This document shows positions 56,801 to 64,000 of a stretch of 64,000 nt of DNA, piece by piece (position 1 is the stretch's first letter; each line of letters starts with the position of its first letter). The position numbers and the translations under genes were made by a program. The notes below the pieces were generated by a model. That model saw only the letters and a program-made list of their open reading frames with translations. It had not been told where the DNA came from and did not search any database. The DNA is from Anthoceros angustus. Lineage: Eukaryota; Plantae; Anthocerotophyta. The stretch spans positions 372,001 through 436,000 of the forward strand of contig VJWM01000173.1 in NCBI GenBank assembly GCA_010909165.1, written 5' to 3'.

Positions 56801-59800
56801 CTATCTCCTTCGCGTGGGAAGGTCACAGGCCCCTCGGAATGGGTGGTCAATCCCCGTCACAGCGGTTGTGGTGCACCCAATCGGATGATCCGTGAGGCCC
56901 CTCCTCTCTCCGGAATCACAGCCGGGTTGGGCTCTGGCGGTCGACAACCCGCGTTACCACGTCATCCTCCTCGGGTGGCCTCCACAGGTCCCGCGGTGGG
57001 GCCACCCGCTCCCCTAGCGTAAGTCGAAGGGGCTCCTCCTTCTTGCCCGGTCCTCGAGGTCTGTCTCGACTCACGAACTTGAGTCCGGACTTGGTCCGGA
57101 CTTGGTCCGGACTTGGTCCGGACTTGGTCCGGACCTCGGGTCAGTTGTCAGGTCCGGACTTGGTCGGACTTATTATGTCCGGACTTGAGTCCGGACTTAT
57201 TCTGGTCCGGACTTGGTCGGCCTCCCCAGTCGGACTCGCCACCGGGTTTCCTCCCTCACGGGACTCCTCGTGGCTCTCCCTCGAAGTCCTCCCTCCCGAT
57301 CGCCCAGTGACTCGCCGTTGGCCCCTCCTTCCATGGTGAGGTGCGGGTGCCTCGATCGCATCCGCCGCTCCCTCGTTCGCTCCTCGGTTGCTCCTCTCCG
57401 CGCTCCGTCATCTCAAGCAGGGGCCACTAGGGTCCCTGTCTTTGTCCCGTGGCCTTCATCTCCTTGAGCCTTCCGGTCAGGTCAGGTGCGGGGCGTCGAG
57501 GCTTCTGCCGGGGAGCTCGGCGTGGTAATAGGCAAAGTCAGATCGACTTGTTGAATTGCCTCTTCCACGTGTGCGGGCACCGATACTCCCTCGCCATAAG
57601 TGTTAGGGCGTCTTTTCGGCTTGAGCCACCTCTCCTGCGGTTGTGTGGGCTGTATCACGTGAGGCTACAAGGCGGCCTCGGTCACCCTGCCAGTGGCTCC
57701 ACTGCTCGGCTCCGTCGTTTCCTTTCCGCCCGGCTTACCGCCATGGCGCGGCGTTCCCGCCTTTCTCGGTGGACGGCGGCTTCTTTTACGCTTCCGGTGC
57801 TCGCGCTCCTCCGTTCATTACGGCCTTTAGCTCATGACTCCCTCTCGGGCGGTGGATACCTCCGTCCAGGCTCGGACTTCCTCCGGCTCATACAGCAGCA
57901 GCGTCCAACTCCTTGGATAGTCGCGATTTTCCTCCGTCTTGAGACGGGAGGCACTCTTTCGTGCTCGAGTCGTGGATTCTCTCGTTGAGAATCACTGCTT
58001 GCTCAAGCGCATCTTGGGTTGTAGCTCAGCGTGTCCTTCTCCTCCATCTGCTGCCGCCTCCTCTACCTCCTGTGTACTCGGAGATCCTCTATCTCCCAGT
58101 CTTGGCCTTGCACTCCATAGCCTTTGCGGCCTTGAGTAACCTCGGCTGACTCTCTCCACGGTTCGATCACGTCTGTAGTGATCCGGTCGCTCTTGCGACT
58201 TGGGCTCGCCGCGCCTTTACAGGCCTCGCCCACTTGGCGCTCTGGCCGGGCCGCCTCGCAGTCCAGCTCTCTCTTGTGCCGGGCCTCTTCCGCCTCTGCT
58301 GCGCTTCCCTCTTACTGCAAGGTCCTCCGCGCTTGGGCCTCTGAGCTTGCTTGGTGTGTGAAGAACCTTAACCAGTCTGCTGAACGGGCCTCGCGCTCCC
58401 TTCCTCGATCCGGCGAGGGACTCCGCCTTTCCTTTGCCCTCGGCCGCCTTCACTTGCTCTTGGGTTCCACCATCCTCCTCGGGTGGCCTCCACTTCCACA
58501 GGTCTTCTCTGCCACGAGACCCCAAAGCATTCCGTCCATGCGGTAGCAGGACTTCGCCGTGTTTCTTCCACGGCCAGTGAGGCCCCACAAAGTCCGTAGT
58601 GGGGAGGCATTTCGATCGCCAAGGACCTCCATACCTTGATCCGAGTAAGTCGGTGGGTTCTCGGACCTAATCGGGACCCTCGGGTCACAGTGGTGTCAGT
58701 CTCACCCTCTTTGGCCCTCTTGGCCTCTAACTCCTTTGTGCCCTCTTTCTCACAGGGCTCGGAGGTGAGGGGGTCGGGAGCAAGCTCTTTTGCCCCTTCA
58801 CAGCCGGGGGCAGGCCGGCTCGAGGTGGCTGCGCGGTGACCTCCTGCTCCTTGGGCCACGTCCCCTCGCCCTCCTTACCCTCTTGACCTCTTGCCACTCG
58901 TGGCGGGGTAAGTCGGCACCTTGAGGTCTTTGCGTTGGTAAGCGGCACCGTCTTCTTCCGCCTCTTGCTCCCGAGTTCGTCGGGGCTCGGCGGCCGTGGT
59001 TGTTGTTGGTGCATTGTCCGGTCTGCGGGCCAGCGCCCTCGGCATCGGCTCCCTCTGCTTGCTCGGAGGGCACCAAAAGGAGGAAGGGAATCGCCTCCCA
59101 AACTTCCACAGGTGGTGAGGGGTTCGCTCAGGGCGTATGGAGTCAGGAATCCTCGATCGTCCTCCTCCGAGTCGCTTGGTCTTGAAGGGCGACCCCCACC
59201 TCAGGCGCACGCTCTGCGCCAGCGGGGCCTCCGGCCCTTCGGGCGCCCGCTCAAGCTCTCCTCCTTGGGAGCTCGAAATGTCCCCCATGAATTGGTCGAT
59301 GGCGAGGCTTCTCGCTCCTTAGCTTGCGTGCCTCGCGAAGGCGAAGATAATCCTTCCCGGTCGCTCTCTTCCCCCGGCGGGCGCATGCGAGAATACCAGC
59401 GAGTTATCACCAAGGTGATCCACCTTGGTGGCGAGTTCAATGGACAATGATCCGGGCTACCGCCCTTACTCGGTATCCGGCGGATCGGATATCAACCATC
59501 CGTTGGTTGTCCTGCGTTCGAGCCTCGGCCGCGGCGTGGCGGCCCTATCTTCCCCGCCTTAAGGGGCTCGGCACCGCCCCTTCTTCCTCCTTGGGCGGTT
59601 GTAGGCCATCCTCGGGACCTCAAGGTCCATCGCCTCGGGTCCTCCGGAGGTTCTTGGATCGGACCTCCTTGTTGATGATTGACATCTTCGGGCAAACTCC
59701 GGACTAGAGTAGCGTTGTCAAAGTCGAGACCATTTGGAACACGTCGGATGCCACTCCACCAATTCCCTGCTTCCTCCCGGCGGGCCGAAGTCCGGATAGC

Positions 59801-60300
59801 GCGGGTCACAATGTTGCGCTCCACGGTCCATGGCTCCCAGACTTCCGTCGGCTTTTGGGTGCCATTGCTTTCTCCTCCTCTTGTTCTGTGGCTGGCGGTC
59901 CGGCACGATGTTCCTCCGCGCGTTCGTTGCTCCAACCTTGGCGGTCGCCCGCTCTAAGGCGGGCGCCCAAGCGCGAGCGGATTGCGGGCGCAAGGGGCTG
60001 TGAGGTTGCAGGCTGCGCGACCTCCCTCCTTGGCGCGCTTGTGGAAATAGCTGGCGGAAGGCGCCTCTTCGTTGTCAGCGCGAGTGCATGGCTTACTCGA
60101 CCCTACGCCTGCGGCCTTACGCCGCGCGCGCCGCGGGCGTGAATACTATAACGGCCTCGCAGGTTCTGTCTGACCTCACGCATGCCCGACCTCCACTCGG
60201 GGCCGTCCACGTGGCGCCGCCTCGTCATCCTCACGCCTCGCTCCGGGTTACTTTCCTGGCGTACTTATCCTATTTTGACACAGGTGGGTTCGGACTTATC
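50830..60300. repeat. Repeated GC-rich blocks associated with the gypsy element (LTR or 3' region), 3-4 partial copies interleaved with CACTA pieces
   Basis: Blocks at about 50830-51880, 52119-53935, 55408-56440 and 56598-59207 are mutually homologous. Short (t/g)cggactt arrays occur at about 51380-51500, 52567-52670 and 57080-57220. Confidence 0.75.
53932..55400 (+). mobile_element. Second copy of the CACTA transposase segment
   Basis: DVYMEPLLEELRD, SDYPGIGTLHG, LPYWRHI, DVMHIEKN, GMAEGYV; duplicates 48920-50395. Confidence 0.8.
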
Positions 60301-60599
60301 CGTTACTCGGCGTAGTCCGGAGCTTGCCATATAGTGGTCGGGGTCCGTTGTTCACTCAGTCCGGAGTATACTCCGAGCCTCGTCCGGCGCTACCCCAATT
60401 TATTCCTCCTTTTCGCCTTATTTATCCTTCAATCCTAAAAAGCGAAACCCTACTTATTTCTTAACTCCCGAAGTGCATAGCCCATACTCCCTTCTCATCA
60501 TTGGCGTCTCGCCAACACTAAGCATGATACTTCTTCACCGCCACCCGTTTACCCAGTGGGCAACGACTCTCCATCTAGGCGTGAGACGGACCCGTTGTC

Positions 60600-63500
60600 A
60601 TATACTTGCACCACTTGATACGGACCCATCCATCTCGGTGAAGTTTGCACGGAAAATGCATGTAGCGACTATCATAAGGAGGGCGGTCCCTTCCTTTACA
60701 TACTCCCGATTCCATGATCGGCGATCGTGCCAAATCTTTTGGTTTTACTGTTGCATCTTGTGAGCTTCTTCCCTCCTGTCTTTGCAAACCCCAAGTCGCT
60801 GGCTTTCCTCTTCTCGGTCTCCTTCCATCATTACTCGAAAAGTGGGCACTTCAAACTCTGGCATTACGGGAGAGTGTCCGTAGGTCAAGTAAGGGTCCGT
60901 TGTGTGGTCACCTTCTGCTGTCGGGCATACAGTGCGGATGGCGACTTGGTATCGATCATGGGCGTAGTTCCTGTGAGTTTATTCGAGATCCTGCGGATGA
61001 GCCCATTTGTCTTCTCTGTCACCCATTGGCCTTAGGATTGTAGGGTGCCGTCTTGCGATGATTGATGCGAAATACTCCGTCATGGCGGCCACCCATCATT
61101 AAGGAAATGGGTTCCCCTATCACCTTGCGGCGGACATCCGTCGGGGTTATGATGTTCTCGTCGAATTTGGACGGTATTTGCGAGTCCGTTCTTATGCCAC
61201 CGCCTCTACCCACAGTGCGATGATGGTTGCCACGGGATGTATCTCCTTTGTGTGTGTCTTGTCGTAGGTGTATGGGTCCAACAAAGTCAATACCCACTTT
61301 TGAAGGTGCGGTGCCAATATCGGTACTAGCGGCCTTGTGTCGTCGGGGTTGGCTTTCCGATCCGGTCAAGCATCACACTTCTTCTAAGCGGTGGGTGTCC
61401 CCATACATTGTTGGCCACGGTATCCGCTTCAAAATCTTTTGGTGGTGACTGTCTTTGCGTAGTGTCCACCCCCAATCCTTTGCATTCCCTTGAGCTCTGT
61501 CTCTGGGTTGCAAGTACCTTCGTTCTACTCCGGCCCTAATTTGAACACACACCGTTGTACATTACGAAGGGTCGAGCATAGTGCGAATGCCTCCCTCATC
61601 ACAGTGATTTTGAGCTCCATTCCCAGGTACCGCTCTATTTCTTCGTAGGTCGGACGGCGGCCCTCCCTTCTCCGCTTGCCGTTCTCGTAGCTTGGGGTTG
61701 TCTGGGCTCCTCGGTTGTACTGCGGCAACCAATGTCTCATCCGGAGCATCTTCACGATCTCTCAACACTGCTGTTTTCAATCGTGACGGAAATCGCATTT
61801 TAGTCTTGCCTCCCTTGTCTTGTTTCCACTTGACGTGAACTCCTGCAGCAACAATATCCACCTTGCTATCCGTCCGGACGGTCCGTCTTATTCACGGATG
61901 CTTGAGCAAAGTGGTCTACATAGAACACAAACTCACAGGTAGTAGGTAGTGTCGAATTTCTTGACATATACCATACCCGGTGCTTGGCCTTGTAGTTGTG
62001 TATTTTCGTTCAGCGTGGGTGGTATCGTCCGGTAGTATACGGGATAATCCGCGCTTGTCGTCGCCGGCTCGGCACTACTACTCGATAGCAAAGCGGACAC
62101 ATCTACATACACATGAAATTTCTGCTCGATCCGGTCCTCTTAGAACCGGTGCGCTTACCAAGGTGTTACGTAAATCCGAAGGCCTCCTCTCGCTCACGAC
62201 CGGTCCAAACCTCCTCCTTCGGATTACATCAACTTAGCGCCCTCTTGCAAAGTCCTTAATAAACCGGTAGTATCCCACCATTCGAAACCTCTCGGCTCCT
62301 TTAGGTTCGTCGGGTGGAGGCGGATGACCGGACCTTGTCTGGTCCACCTCGATTCAGCCGACACCGATGTCGACAAGATTCCCTCCGTCATTCCAAAGTA
62401 GCATTTCTCGGTGTAGGCTCAATTGAGTCTCCGGCGCTCAAGCACCTTCTTAGATGCCCAAGGTGTTTGTCCCTCCCCATGCACACAAAATCATCCGGAA
62501 TATCTCCATGAAGTCCCTCGAGTCACGGAAGGCGTTGGTCACCATACATGAGCGACCACAGGCGCTCGGTCATCCCAAAGGCACTTCTCTTGTAGGCAAG
62601 CGTACCCCACTCCGTAGTGAAGGTCGTCTTGTCGGTCAAACTCCCTTAGGTGCAATTGGTTTGTATCCGGAGTAGCCATCCGAGGAAGGAGTAAGTAGTC
62701 CGTCCAACCTTGTCCAAAATGTCGTCTGAATGGCATCGGAAGTGGTCCTTCTCCGTTCTTGCGTTGAGCTTCCTCAATCTTGGCATACCGAATTTGTCTG
62801 GTTTCTTGGGAACCACCACAATCGCGACCCACTCATGTGATGGGGAAAATGATGTCTGCCTCCGGTACTTATCAAGGACCTCCTTCACCTTGATCGAATA
62901 CTTGGGGTTGAGCTTGTATTGTCGGATTGATGGCACGCTCCGGCTTCGTCGATCTTATGCTCTCCCACTTCTTGAATGCCCTTCATGTCCTTGAAAGGCG
63001 AACACCTCATAAAACTCCCCAGCTTTAGTCCTTCCTTGGTCCGGAGGCATGCCTTTCTTAAACTTGAGAATTTTGGCGGACCTCCACTTCTTCCACGTCG
63101 TCCGGGTTCACCGTCTCCGTTCCGTCTTGCCTCATTGCGTCAAACCCCTCGTCCTCCTCTGGGATCGTCCTCGCATCCCCATTCTGAAGAGCTCGTCGGA
63201 GGTGTACTCCTTGATGTCGCTTTTCCTTGGTCCGACTCTTGTTGTCTCCCTTGTCTTTGGTCCGACCTCCTCTTCACTTCCTTCCTCCGGCCCGTTGTGG
63301 CGTTTACTCCAAAACAATCAATCACTTCGCACCAAAGGCATCCGCGGTAGTCCATCTCCTCCTCGGACCGGCGGATCTTGGCGAAAGTCGCCTCCTCGGA
63401 ACTATCTTGTTCGTCGCCGGTGGAGTCCTGAGGTATACCCGCCAGTAGTGCTCACGGTTTCCCACAATAGGTGTCCTTGCTCCGGTGATAGCAACCCTCC

Positions 63501-64000
63501 CTTCCTTAGGGTCCCGGTCCACCGGCTTGAAGTGAATCTCCTTCCTTCCAAAGTGTAGCTTCGTCAGGCCAACCCCACCATGGCCGCCCAACACCTCATA
63601 CCCTAATGGTCCGGCGGTTTGATCACAACAAAATCCGGTTTGTAGGGTGCGGCTATGGTGGCCAAGACTCGGTTAACTCCCCGGATCTCTTCTTGACATA
63701 CGCCATTCTCGAGTCTTCGTTGAGGTTGAAGGATGTGAAGCCCAATTTTTCGTCGTGGTGATGAGGTTGACTCGGACCCGTGTCCAACGGTACATCCTTG
63801 ATGATACATCCAATCTCCACTTGTACCATGGCCCACAGGTCGTATGGGACACCACCCTCACTTCCATGCTACCCTTCACGGCTTTGGTGCTCCGGTGGGT
63901 TTCCCTAACCGACGGACCTCTTGCGGTATTTGGGTTATCCTCTCGGCCGAAAGGACACAAGTGCTGCGATTCATCATCGGTCGCCACATTAAAGGCGAGG
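60600..64000 (-). mobile_element. Ty3/gypsy LTR retrotransposon pol (RT-RNaseH-integrase), frameshifted, continues past the window end
   Basis: SIRQYKLNPKYSIKVKE, WVAIVVVPKK, RKLNARTEKDHF, DDILDKV..YSFL (RT); GIDFVGPI and HRKTAPYNPKANG (integrase). RT precedes INT, the gypsy order. Confidence 0.88.

Noticed and set aside
57080-57220. Short repeat arrays (also 33690-33990 and 34925-35090) considered as CRISPR-like
   Set aside because: No unique spacers, no cas genes, eukaryotic context; these are ordinary tandem repeats.

Overview
Eukaryotic land-plant nuclear DNA, gene-dense with short (about 80-230 nt) introns. The PLS-class PPR genes, one with a 'PGQSWWTD' (WW-type) E+/DYW entry motif, point to a seed-free plant such as a hornwort, fern or lycophyte; this is inference. 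The first ~44 kb holds a TGA bZIP factor, a plant HNH nuclease head-to-head with a PLS-PPR, an intronless CNGC channel, RRP8, TIC21/PIC1, a LISCL/SCL14-type GRAS, an intronless CYP74 (AOS-type), ESS2/DGCR14 and a long PLS-PPR with a decayed DYW:WW domain. Between the genes lie pseudogene fragments (PPR x2, GrpE, F-box, phosphomevalonate kinase) and non-LTR retroelement relics. The last ~19 kb is a CACTA transposon interleaved with a Ty3/gypsy retrotransposon. Several 0.85-2.1 kb tandem duplications and the TE mosaic are joined at 5-10 bp microhomologies, with indels placed like unpolished long-read errors, so they may be assembly artefacts. The most interesting biological leads are the TGA + SCL14-like GRAS + AOS (+ CNGC) neighbourhood with TGACG/G-box/CGCG motifs upstream of AOS, the degenerated DYW:WW editing factor, and a fungal/animal-type RNase H LINE with an intact target-site duplication.
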